Part shown: in pieces, positions 38,381 to 50,209 of the stretch | Numbering within the stretch: position 1 is the stretch's first letter | Layout: the number at the start of each line of letters is the position of its first letter | Assembly (NCBI RefSeq): GCF_006345805.1 | Contig: NC_042999.1 | Span: 166,160,001-166,224,000, forward strand | Length of the DNA: 64,000 nucleotides | Source: Octopus sinensis | Taxonomy: Eukaryota | Direction: 5' to 3' | Position numbers and translations under genes: made by a program | The notes under the pieces: generated by a model | The model's input: the letters and a program-made list of their open reading frames with translations, nothing else | Told to the model about the DNA's origin: nothing | The model's database searches: none

Positions 38381-39306
38381 TTAACACATGCTCATACTGC
38401 ATTGACTACAAAAATCAACAAGCAGCCGAACCACTAATAAATCATGAAATACCTACTACACCATGGACCAAAGTGGGTACAGACGTATTTCACCTGTCTG
38501 GAAATTCGTATGTCACAATTATTGACTATACAACAAGATTTTTTGATCTACACGAAATAAATGATTGCCAGTCAAAAACCGTAATCAAAAAATTAAAAGA
38601 AACTTTTGCTAAATTCGGAATTCCGCAAACAGTTGTAAGTGACAACGGTCCAGAATTCAATTCGGCTGAATTCAAAAAATTTGCAAAAAATTGGCATTTT
38701 CATCACACGAAGACAAGCCCGCATTATCATCAAGCGAATGGCATGGTTGAGAGAAATATACAGACAATAAAAAAGACGCTAAAAAAGGCATTCAAAAGTG
38801 ACGAAGAACCTCAGTTAGCGCTCTTAGCATTACGCACGACTAAATTACAAAATGGTGCACCATCCCCTGCAAATCAAATAATGAATAGAACATTGCGAAC
38901 AAATCTCCCAAACATACTACACGACAAAATTGGTATCAGGCCTCACGAAAAGAAGAAATCAAACATTACAACAGAACTCCCAGAGTTAAAACCACACGAC
39001 ACGGTTAGAATTAAGTTTAACAACAATTGGTTTAGAAGGGGCAAAATAATTAAAAAACTAGAGCAACCTCGTTCATACTTAGTAATAACAGAGGAAGGAA
39101 ATACAGTCAAACGAAATAGACAACATATTCTTAAAACAAACGAACACGTTCGCATAACAGAAGAATTAGATTATGAAAATATATTTCCAAAATCAACAAA
39201 CACGCATGAAAAAACAAAAACAGCACAACTACAGAATTCAACACTACAAAATAATAAAACCACAAAAAGTGGACGACGAATAATTATTCCCTGTAGATAC
39301 AGATGA
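38317..39306 (+). CDS. pol: Integrase
   Basis: CSYC, GTDVF (D), SDNGPEF (D), NGMVERNIQ (E), C-terminal TKSGRRII.P.RY. Confidence 0.97.
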   Translation: MHRESEGMYILARINAQIKDMINTCSYCIDYKNQQAAEPLINHEIPTTPWTKVGTDVFHLSGNSYVTIIDYTTRFFDLHEINDCQSKTVIKKLKETFAKFGIPQTVVSDNGPEFNSAEFKKFAKNWHFHHTKTSPHYHQANGMVERNIQTIKKTLKKAFKSDEEPQLALLALRTTKLQNGAPSPANQIMNRTLRTNLPNILHDKIGIRPHEKKKSNITTELPELKPHDTVRIKFNNNWFRRGKIIKKLEQPRSYLVITEEGNTVKRNRQHILKTNEHVRITEELDYENIFPKSTNTHEKTKTAQLQNSTLQNNKTTKSGRRIIIPCRYR

Positions 39307-39307
39307 T

Positions 39308-39335
39308 AAAAAAAAAATAAAAAAAAAAAGGAAGA
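39308..39335 (+). promoter_or_regulatory. Polypurine tract
   Basis: A-rich tract ending AAGGAAGA directly before the 3' LTR TG. Confidence 0.85.
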
Positions 39336-39573
39336 TGTTATATAATCATCACAACAAACATGAACAATCAACGTCGCCCATTGTCTCCCTTGATAAAAGG
39401 ACTTTCACTTTGTTTCCCGCCAAAACAATTAACTTGTACAACAACGGCAGTCGAATAAAGTATCTCGTATCGTTAACACGTTGTTTCAGTCTCTCTCATT
39501 TTCTTAATCTTTCATACTAAGTACTCACTACTTCCTTTAATACTCAATACATTATATATATATAACAACAACA
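39336..39573 (+). repeat. 3' LTR
   Basis: Direct repeat of 35045-35282. Confidence 0.98.
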
Positions 39574-39645
39574 CCGCCTACCAAATCCATTCACAAGGCT
39601 TTGGTTGGCCCGAAGCAATTGTAGAAGAAACTTGCCCAAGGTTTT
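39574..39645 (-). mobile_element. SINE family C head, split by the gypsy insertion
   Basis: 35025-35044 joined to 39579-39645 rebuilds CGACGGGTTTCCGCC-TACCAAATCCATTCACAAGGCTTT, matching 62950-63030. Confidence 0.8.
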
Positions 39646-40141
39646 GAGTGATTAGTCATCATCTAAATTTCATAAGATACGTATACTGTTGTAGTAATCA
39701 GGTGCCTTTGGCCTGGCGACGACCTTGTCGTTCGGAGATGGCATTGGCCGTGCGTCATGGTGCGTTGGATGAGGGGATTCGGTTTTCCTGTCCCAATAAC
39801 TTGCCACATATGTATATTATTTGCTCTCCGTCGTAATAAGTAACGAAATGAAAATTCCTACTAAATGAGGAAATTGGGATATGTTGTCATGAAGGAAAAA
39901 AGACCACAAGAATTTAAGGATTGTCTTCGACAAGACAGAACAGTTAAATTAGCTAATTACTGTAAATGCTAAAATATTGCACCAAAAAAAAAAGATGCAA
40001 ATAAATTAGGGTTAATGAAATTTCAAACATCCGTAAATCATTTAGTGTTGATATTACTCCATTCGTGACAAAAATGAAGTCAACGAAAAATGAAGAAACA
40101 GCTGAAGGTGAAAACCTTCTTGCTAGCTCTTTTATTGAACA

Positions 40142-40548
40142 CTAGCAGCATAGCCCGGCGTTGCCCGGGTATGTAAGAGCCCCTAGTAGGCAACGGCTAA
40201 TCCCAATCTGGTCATTTCCCTCTAGGGAACGAAGGCGCATGTGTAGGTTGCAATGTCTTCTCTTCACTCGAATACTTCTGTGTATACGATGTGAGTTAAA
40301 AAGGTCGAGTTGCGTCCCCTAGACAGTCTGTGGTTTGTGTTTCTGATTCTCGACCCCATGTCGAATTTATCGATTTTTTTTCAGAACTGGGGGAACTTTT
40401 CAAAATTTTCGCTGCGTTAGTTTTGAATTATGACATTGGGCTATGTGTGTGTTAAGTTTCATCAGAATCGGTTGAAAGCCGTGGTCAGGGTGAGGGTACA
40501 ACCTGACAGACACACAGACAGACAAACTGCCGTTTATATATAGAGAGA
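40142..40548 (-). mobile_element. Non-autonomous Helitron
   Basis: Minus sense A|TCTCTCTATATATAA start. Hairpin CCCGGGCAACGCCGGG, then CTAG|T. Confidence 0.9.
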
Positions 40549-40699
40549 TTACATTCATTTTGCAAATATTGATAACTTTATAACAGTATGTAAGAGATCA
40601 TTTCTGAAAAAATTATCAATGCAAACGATAAAAAAACAACAACTTTTGTGTGTTATTCAGGAGGGTATAGATTTTCGTGGGAAAAAAGTGACAACGGTA

Positions 40700-41300
40700 A
40701 CTGCAAGGCATAGAAGTTTTCCATCATAGTTGACGTGAATAAAGTCATCTTACTCACCCAAATTTTGGCCATGATCGTAAGAAACTCTGATTTGAGTAAT
40801 AGATGCAATATTAGAACAGTTCTTGCTATTTGCAATGTTGTCAAATATTATTTGCGCGAAAGAAATATTCCTATCGAAAATACGATTGAATTTGCAAGCG
40901 ATAACTGTTCTTCCATAATGAGCACTAAAAGTAGATTCCAGAACTAACTGGAAGATGATGTAACCTCAGCATTGATCATGCGATATCATATTGCCTTCAT
41001 ATTTAGAGGCTTTCTTAAAAGATTTAACACCTTAATATTCTCGCAGCAGTAAGAGACAACGAGAGTTCGCATTTTTCAAAAAGTGGTTGCGACAAGTTGC
41101 CATAAAATAACCTTAACTTGCGAAAGTGGTTTTCTTGAGAAACAGTTACAACGATATTACTATGAATCTGTTGCTTTGCTTCGTTCTTTCCATAGTGAAT
41201 CGAAAGTTGACAAAGCTGATGCTGCCAGGAGAATTTATAATATATTAAGCAACCATGGAACTTACTACTTTTCTTCCACAGTATACTACAGACAGTGACT
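40700..41300 (+). pseudogene. hAT transposase remnant
   Basis: KFSIIVD (first D), QILAMIVR, NIPIENTIEFASDNCSSIM (second D), SSKRQREFAFFQK..HKI and RIYNILSNHGT across broken frames. Decayed sequence probably continues past the (CA)n at 41370-41500. Confidence 0.7.
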
Positions 41301-41384
41301 TTACAATATGTTCAATTAAAATCTGAGCATTCTAGATTACCACATCTGTATTAAATGATATCCTCAGAATACACACACACGCAC

Positions 41385-41502
<118 letters not shown>

Positions 41503-43133
41503 GGATACTATATTCAAGATTAATTACTAAAGAAACGCAATAGCTCATTTTCGATAATGAAATCTGTATTGGAAGATATAAAACTGAGCATGTAAAATTC
41601 CAAATAGAACTTTGTAGTTAAATTAGAAAGAGGCTTTTTTTCAATCAAAAATGTTGTTAATTTACATTTGTTAAAGTGTCTGTTGAGTCTATTTGTTCAA
41701 TAATTTTCCAAAATATTTTATCGAAATTCCTGTGAGTGTAACCACTCCTGCCTCGCTTGCATATCTTACCAGAACCCCAAGACAGCACCTTGAATTACTC
41801 TTAAATAGATGTTTGTAAAACTATAAAGCATAAATTATGCAAATAAAAATCACGGATCTCGCTTCAAAGTTAACAGGGTGGATATCCAATTGTTCCCAAA
41901 TCTTCTATTGGTTAAAAACCTTCTTCATGATCAACGTGATAAAATCCAAATTTTCCAAGCCGTTCATGAAGCACAAGGCCACATATGTAGGGAGGAGTTC
42001 GTCAATTAAATCGACTCCATTACTTGTCTGCTACTTTATTTAATCGGAGGGATGAAAAGCAAAGCAGGCCTTGGCGGGATCTAAACTCAGAATGTAAAGA
42101 GGTGTAATTAAATAACACAAGGTATTTTCTCGTCGCTCTAAAACATTAAGGTGAGATTCTAACCACTTATTGCTACTGTTATTGTTATTTGTTACTTATC
42201 TCAAATTCAGCAGACATTGGGAAAAAAGTGTTCCAGAAATGAACATCCCAACTTTTCAATGTGTTCTTTAATTATTTCAAGATAGTAAACTTTGATTTAA
42301 ACGATATTACTTGCAGGTCAAGGGTTAGAAGCACTCTCATTAGCTCGTCTACTTATTGAGTAAATCAGTTTGGTGGCGCAGGTAAATTATTTACAGTTAA
42401 ATATAAGGAGGAAGGATGCACAAATTGCGTAGTTAGAGTTCGTCAGCGATTCAGTATTATGTTAACAAAACATATAGTTTAATAGATAAGGAAAATTCCC
42501 CACGAGTGCCTTGAACTATCTTAGTATTTATTTTACACCCTCTTCACACACGCTCTCGCACACACACAGACATACGCACAGACGCATACACAGACGCACG
42601 ATAATTATGTGGAAAAGTTGCGGAGTAAAGGGGAAAAGAAAAGGGTGTTAGATTCCAGCGTTTCCAATTTATAAAACTCATTCGAAGTTTAAGAAGCAAA
42701 TAAAGAAATAGGCGTTTCTCTTCAAATACTTCATTCATACTGGTAGATACGGCCACGATGTAGCACCGACTTGCTTACGACAGCTTGTTTATACCAGTAC
42801 ATACACATACATAATCTTTTATTTTTCATTGGTACTCGTCATTAAACTTTAGCCAAACTGGCGCACTGACTTGATTTGTTTAATCGTCCACATCGATTCC
42901 AATACTAATTTTTTAGTCTAGTACTTATTTTATCTATTTGTCGAAACTCTTAAATTACTGTATTTCTATTCTATGGCAGTTAGTGAAATTAATCAACAAG
43001 TTGGTATTTCTCCCAACTGATAAATATAAATGCAACTCCCCAGGAGTTAAGTGCAAATGACGTAAGCCATACGGAAGTGAAGTAAACCCACCGCTTTAAT
43101 TAGGTATCGGAATTGTATTCCTTGTATTTTAAA

Positions 43134-43316
<183 letters not shown>

Positions 43317-43873
43317 AGAGGCCATGACAATGTGGCAAGAATGATCCATTGGGAGCTCTGTGGAAATCACGGCCTACAAAGAACAAAGATGTATGAGAAA
43401 ACTCCAGAAGGAGTCACCGAAAATGAGAATTGCAAAATCCTGTGAGATGCAATGATCCAGTGCTATCATCCGGAAACCGGACATTGTTGTGGTAAATAAA
43501 AAAGAAAGAACATGTATGGTAATCGACATAGCATGCCCCAGTGATAACAGGATCGATGTGGAAGAAGAAGGAAAAACAAACAACTATGACGATTTGAAGT
43601 GGGAAATGCAAAGGTTGTGGACAACGAAGAGAGTAGCCGCGATACTCAGTGGTAATTGGAGCACAGGAAGGATTAGCACTCAAATATCAACATGGCTGAA
43701 AAAAGGTCGGTGCAAGTGTGGAGGTAGAACACCTACAAACATCAGCATTGCTTGGAACTGCAAGAATTCTTCGCAGTGTTCTTGAAGTATGACTTGTAAA
43801 CAAGCGTCACCTTAGTCTGCTGGCCGTGGACAGCTGACACTTTCCATCATGCCTAGCTGTGAGCTTTTCATAC
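43317..43873 (+). mobile_element. 5'-truncated R4/Dong-like non-LTR element (restriction-like endonuclease domain and 3' UTR)
   Basis: HDNVARMIHWELC, KPDIVVVNKKERTCMVIDIACP (PD..D), KTNNYDDLKWEMQRLW, SALLGTARILR. Stop at 43790-43792. Confidence 0.85.
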
Positions 43874-43874
43874 A

Positions 43875-43906
<32 letters not shown>

Positions 43907-43907
43907 A

Positions 43908-43952
<45 letters not shown>

Positions 43953-43986
43953 GTGATGATGATGACGATGATGATAATAATAATAA
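43874..43986. repeat. (TAC)n(TGA)n(TAA)n microsatellite
   Basis: Directly visible. Confidence 0.97.
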
Positions 43987-44270
43987 ATGCCCTCATGCAG
44001 TGGTTGTCATGGCTATGCCCTGATGCAGTACAAGGCAGTGGCTCTCATGGCTTCTGGTCTTAACTGATTGAAAATGTTATCATGTACATTGTTTTGTCTT
44101 TGTATAAAAGATGGGCTACAGCAAATATTCTGCTCAATACCACAAATTTGCTTGTCAGTTGTTTGATCTTAACCAGTTGAGCATGTCCCTTGGTGGCTGA
44201 CGATATGTGCATCTCTGATCATGGGCAGAAGTGCAGAAGTAGTGGGGGAGCATCATAACCATGTGTTACG
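43985..44270 (+). repeat. Partial copy of the repeat at 4016-4557
   Basis: Reverse-complement homology. Begins right after (TAA)n. Confidence 0.75.
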
Positions 44271-44506
44271 TAATCATGTTTGACTCCATGCCATTTCATT
44301 CTTATTAGAAATCGTCAGCATGATATATGTATGTGTGTGTGTGTGCGTATGTGTGTGTGTATACATGTGTGTGTATGTGTGTGTGTGCGTGTACTTGTAT
44401 ACATAGCTATATATAAATACATAGGCATATACATATATATATATATATATTATATATATATATATATATACATATACACGCATGCACACGCACGCACATA
44501 CACATA

Positions 44507-44556
<50 letters not shown>

Positions 44557-44557
<1 letters not shown>

Positions 44558-44830
44558 TGGTAAAAATGGTAAGATAACAAAATATAGAAAGAGACCTCAA
44601 TATTATATAAATAGAGGAAATTTATCTATAAAATAATATGTTACAATTACTCAATAGTCAAGATAAAACTCTGAGTTTCAGATGCTGAAGTGGAAATCCA
44701 CAACACCATCTCTTCGGTTATCTGGCCATCTGAAAAACGCTATGAAAAATACCGTTATATAAAGGGAAATTACTGTGTTATAATTCTGCTACTTATATAA
44801 ATTAAGATTAAAAGTTCATAGTAAACACGT
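44557..44830 (-). mobile_element. Penelope-type tail
   Basis: Hammerhead fold followed in minus sense by an AT-rich tail that abuts a (TACA)n repeat. Confidence 0.55.
44661..44723 (-). ncRNA. Type-I hammerhead ribozyme, C4 variant with extended helix II
   Basis: AGATAA-CCGAAGA-GATG(..GTGGA TT TCCAC..)CATC-T-GAA-ACTC(A)GAGT-T-TTATCT. 6-bp helix I, palindromic helix III, GUU triplet, one extra U before G12. Confidence 0.7.
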
Positions 44831-46210
44831 AAACATGGCTAGTCATACGCTCACATGTGCGCTCGCGGACCCACGTGCGTACTTATACGTCACTATGAAA
44901 ACGTACACATCTTCACTTGCATTTTTCGCCAAATGTATATGCATGTATATACAAACTCATACACACACACACACACGCGTACCGTAAAAGTTCATACGTA
45001 CGTCTATATACGCACAAGCACAAGAAAAACCATGGTTAAAGGTAACAGAAAAAAATATAAGGAAGTATACCAAGCATAAAAACCACGTTCATATACGGAC
45101 ATGCCCTTATGCACTCATACACACACACACACACCCATATATGTACATACCCGCACATGTTTATATATGCATACACACACGCATATACAAAAAATGAATA
45201 TACATATGTGTATTTATATGTATAAGTACCAGTGGGATTTGAGTGTCGATTCAATCGACTATAGAGCACTTTTATAAATTCATAGCCGTGTGGCAAAGTA
45301 AGAAGCTAATACTTACATATACCGAGAACTTAATTTCTTACGTTCATAAATTCTCATAAAGACTGATGGCCACTAATTTGTAAGGATTGAGTAGCATCAA
45401 ATGAATGGCGAACAAAGAGAGTCGGCAATCAATCGTTTCTGTCACTTGCCACCTTTATATAGTATTTTCAACATTCGGGGTCGATTATATAAGTACCAGT
45501 TACGCACTGGGGTCGATATAATCGACTTAATCCGTTTATCTGTCCTTGTTTGTCCTCTCTGTGTTTAGCCCCTTGTGGGTAGTAAAGAAATAGGTATTTC
45601 GTCCGTCTTTATGTTCTGAGTTCAAATGCTGCCGAGGTTGACTTTACCGCTCGTCTTTTCGAGGTCAATAAAATAAGTTACAGTTGAGTACTGGGGTCGA
45701 TGTAATCGACTTACCCTATCCTCCAAAATTTGCAACCGATATAAGGGAAGTATATATCGTATATCAGAATAGTTTTCCGCTTAAACATAACAGATCATTT
45801 TCTTTTGTGAAGATAGGAAATTCAGATAGTTCAGAGTTCAAAATCTTCCTAAAGTTAGTATTAACTTTTCTGCTTTCTGAGAGGTAACAAAATTTATATA
45901 TACTTGATATAATCCTTTCTACTCTACGTACAAGGCCTGAAATTGAAGGAGATGGAAAATAATCGATTACATCGATTTCAGTATCTGACTGGTACTTTTT
46001 CGATCCTGAAAGGATGAAAAGCAGTGTTGATCTCGGGCGGAATTTGAACTGAGAGCGTAGCGACGGACGATATGCCGCTAAGCATTTCGTTCGGTATGCT
46101 AACAATTTTGCCTGCTCGCCACCTAATATACTCGAAATAGTGTCAATAAACTATTCTTCTTTCCAACAAGTTTACGTGAAGTCATATTCACTATAATAAA
46201 TCAATATTTA

Positions 46211-46406
46211 CGAAGGGGTGCCGAAAAGTTATTGGCTTTAAGGGTGTCGCGAAAGGCCTGGTTCTTTTACAAGGCTTAGAAAAACTGAAGGACTGCTGCA
46301 ATATGTGTGTGAATCTGAGAGGGGAATATGTTGAGTAAAATCATAATTAACTGATTCTCTTCTATTTTCTTTTATCCAAAGCTAGGAACTTCTCAGCACT
46401 CCCTCG
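46211..46406. mobile_element. mariner-derived MITE
   Basis: TA|CGAAGGGGTG...CACTCCCTCG|TA. Retains a transposase C-terminal remnant (QGLEKL..CCNMCVNLRGEYVE*). Confidence 0.85.
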
Positions 46407-46920
46407 TACAAAACCCTACATATTTTACAGAGACATTAGAAGTGAGAGAATAGAGCAACGAAAATTTAATTTCCTTCTGTCTTTCATTTATTTTCCCCCC
46501 AGGATTAAAGTGTTCGTAGAACTCATATCTTTCGTCTCTTGCCTGAAGTAAGGCATATAAAAGATAAGAAATTCTATGACTAAAATAATAACGATAGAAA
46601 GGGGTCGAAAAAATAAATAAAAACGTTAACGCCTTCTTTGGAAGCAAAAGCAACCCACGATGATCAGATTTCAGATACTGCTGTTTTGACAAGTCTCAGT
46701 TGGAGCCACCAGGAATTTCAATAATTTCAATAGGGTTTGTAAACAAAAACCTGTTTAAAGTAGAATTTCCGTTCAAGTTCAGAACAATGGAGCAATATTA
46801 CTGAAAACATTTAAATACGAACGTTTGAGTGTATGAGTTCTTGAATCAATGTGGAAATTTGTGTTTCATAGTGTATGTACAAGCATACATGCATAAGGCA
46901 TGTGTGTATGTATGTGTATG

Positions 46921-46984
<64 letters not shown>

Positions 46985-47005
46985 GTGTGTGTGTGTGTGT
47001 GTGTG

Positions 47006-47040
<35 letters not shown>

Positions 47041-47592
47041 TGCGTGCTTATGCATGTATGCATATATATATGTATGTCTGTATGTATGTTTCTATGTATG
47101 TATGTCTAAATTTCTTATAAGTCAACTTGCAATCTATATTTTCTTTTATGTGGTATGTTTGAATTCTGTTCTTCCCGATTGTTTAATTCACTTAGAGACA
47201 TATTGTTAAAGTACCGACTACTGGTTGACTATTGTGTATTCTCGGTGACTATATATCTCAGATGAGCTAAATTTGTACTACCTAGATTCATATATGTTTA
47301 TACTATATAGATATAATGTAGCATTTAATACTACAAAACGTAGACGTAAGACAGACACCAGAACTCCAATGCTTCGTCGGATTATCGACCGAAAAATACT
47401 AATACCTAGTTTCATGTCTTTTACGATAAGACTAGTAACTTCGAATATCCGCGGCACCCGCAAGATTTGCGGGGAAATTAGGGCTCAGGCAAACAAAATA
47501 ATATAGGATGGACGCACGAAAATAAACAACAGTAATTTGAAACGGCAGAGAAATTTGTAACGGTAGGTATTTGTTTTGGTGTAGTTACTAAT

Positions 47593-48289
47593 TGTAACGG
47601 GTAAGATTGATTGGTGAACAACGTTATGAGATGTTGTGGTCAGCAGATGCAACGATAAGAGTTTGTTATTATACGACAAATTGTAAGATGTTTAAGATAG
47701 ACAATTCATGTGTTTAAAGAAAGTATTTATTTACCGTTACGTTACAATACCTTGCCACGACGGGCAGGTTGATAAATCCAAAAGCATGCGAAAGTTAGAT
47801 GTGGTAGAATGTTTGAGTTTGGGTTCTCTTCATTGTTTAGTAGTAATTGCTGAGACAGATAGAATGATGTTGTAACAGAACGGAATTCGAGCCAGAGAGA
47901 ATTGTAGGGTGTTCTCTCAAGTTGCTGACAGTAAACTTCATTTCTCCCTCTGGTCAGCCAGGCCTCGTTGAGTCGTCACGATGTGACTGACTGATTTTTG
48001 CTTGGGATGAGCTGGTTTATATAACTATCCAGAAGGATAGATATATCATTGAGAACAATAGATTTAGTTGGTGGTCTTGTTATCTATTCTAGCTTTTGGT
48101 GAAGTAGAAGAGGTTAGCAAGGTCAAGTAGTGAAGACATTATTATGGCCTAGCTAAAGGTATCTGGAAAATGTAAAACTGTTGTCAGAGAAAAACCATTG
48201 TTCCACCGTAGGAAAAGTTCTGTAGCAGTGTTAATTTAAATTTGGTTGTGGTGGATCGAATCCACTTCATGCATGCAAGATTCGCTACA
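47593..48289 (-). mobile_element. Solo LTR-like element (short relative of 33308-34955)
   Basis: TGTAAC..CTACA termini. Minus-sense TATA-like and AATAAA motifs. Homologous to both ends of the 33-35 kb copy. Confidence 0.65.
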
Positions 48290-49076
48290 CACATATATCA
48301 GAAGCGATTCCAGGTCATCAGCGTCCCTCGGGCTCATAACAGATTTCGTCACTCGGGTTCATCACAAATTTCGCATAAGACACCCGAAGAATTTCCCGTT
48401 TTCCGCTTTATTTCTAACCCCAAATGATATTTTTGATATCTGATATCTAGCACTATGTCTTCCTCCATTTCTAACTTATCAGTAAAAACAAAACAACCCT
48501 GCAAAGCACAACTGATCTTTATACACAGATGCACAGAATAACAGTAATCAAATAACGACAGCGGAATGCACACCAAACATCAGCGATCTGACTGTCGCCT
48601 GTACTCTGGACAAGGGATGCCAGGCTCGTTCGTATTAACCCGAGTTGCTGGGTAATTTTGCGTTCCTTTAACAATATTTTAGAATATTTTTAGAACGGAA
48701 ACTTTTCATAGATCGGAATTTAAATCCTAATCTATATAGAAATTTATTGTTTCAAGAAAATATTGAACTCGAGTCACTTGTAATTTTTACCATCATAGAT
48801 AACAAATCGGGCTGTAACTTCTGAACCCGATTCAGGCGCTTGTGAATGATGTCGAGAGAACGTCTGCTACGAATGATATTTTTTGGCACAGGGCACCTCC
48901 AAGATGACCACCAGACGTTGAACTGCGACCAAGCTCAATAAACCCGAGTTATTGGCTGCAATGACATACTTGAAGTCAGTGTTAGTAGAAATTAAATCAG
49001 CTTGCAAACACACGCTCACTTTTTATTAAATTTATACTCGGGCTAAGCCTGAGCAGTCCGAGTGCCGGTGTCGCCA

Positions 49077-49122
<46 letters not shown>

Positions 49123-49125
49123 ATA

Positions 49126-49285
49126 CTTTATTTAAAGCAGCAGAAAATTCAACAAAACCTGTTACTCTGAGTTTCCCGTTGCCGTTCATCGGACAGTTTT
49201 TGCTTTAAATAAAGCATATTACTCTACCACTGGTATTTGAGTACTCTTTTTTCCACCTTGTTTCACATTTATGTGTTTACTCCGG
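49126..49285. mobile_element. Penelope-type tail with 5' inversion, in (TA)n
   Basis: Perfect 14-bp inverted duplication (49126-49139 / 49201-49214) around a minus-strand hammerhead. (TA)n on both flanks. Confidence 0.6.
49159..49196 (-). ncRNA. Minimal type-I hammerhead ribozyme, C4 variant
   Basis: CTGT-CCGATGA-A.CG(GCAA)CG.G-GAA-ACTC(A)GAGT-A-ACAG. Helix I CTGT/ACAG, GNRA-capped helix II with an A.G mismatch at its base, palindromic helix III, GUA triplet. Confidence 0.75.
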
Positions 49286-49475
49286 TATATATATATATAT
49301 ACACACACATACATACATATGTACACACACATATATATGTACACACACATACATACATATATATGTACACACACATACATACACACATACACAACACACA
49401 TATTATCGATAAATGTATATATATATATGTACACTCACACACATACACGTGTCATGCTGACAATTTATAATACGT

Positions 49476-49715
49476 AGGGCGGCGAGCTGGCAGAAACGTT
49501 AGCACGTCGGGCGAAATGCGTAGCCGTATTTCGTCTGCCGTTAAGTGTTCTGGGTTCAAATTCCGCCGAGGTCGACTTTGCCTTTCATCCTTTCGGGGTC
49601 GATAAATTAAGTACCAGTTACGCACTGGGTCCGATGTAATCGACTTAATCCCTTTGTCTGTCCTTGTTTGTCCCCTCTATGTTTAGCCCCTTGTGGTTTA
49701 AAAAAAAAAAAAAAA
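49476..49715 (+). mobile_element. Young SINE family A with poly(A) tail
   Basis: 10-bp TSD TATAATACGT (49466-49475, 49716-49725). A16 tail. Confidence 0.95.
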
Positions 49716-50209
49716 TATAATACGTGTAGCGATGCAATGTTCATGTTTTGGCTGTTTAGCCTCAAACAGTCCCATTTTAGCGCCTTCGAGGGTTTTTCTG
49801 CAAGTGGTCACATGATCATTCGTGTTCGTGCCGATTGGATGCTTTAAGTCACCCAATCAGGCCTTTTCTCACCACAGCAAAAAATGTAGTCTGTTTAAGC
49901 CTACCCGGTGTACTTTTTCACCTTCAAGAAGCACGAGAGACCAATGTATTTTAATTATCAGATTTATTCATGTTAGACCAGTTTGCTGTATTTTCTTTCA
50001 ACGGCAAAATAAATGTGGCAGTCATCTTTAACTTGTGTCTTCGTATTCCTTGATGAACTTTATCATGACTCGTTTGAAACAATATCTGTTTCACAATAGG
50101 ATTTCACATCAAGAATCTCTTTCTCTCCCTCCCACTCTCCCCTCCCTCCTCTCCCCCTCACCTCCCTCCTCTCCCCCTCACCTCCCCCCTCTCTATATAT
50201 ATGATATGA

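Larger units (their letters stand above)
35045..39573 (+). mobile_element. Full-length Ty3/gypsy LTR retrotransposon, Mag-like
   Basis: 238-bp LTRs, perfect 5-bp TSD CCGCC (35040-35044, 39574-39578), PBS, PPT and gag-PR-RT-RH-IN order. Confidence 0.98.
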
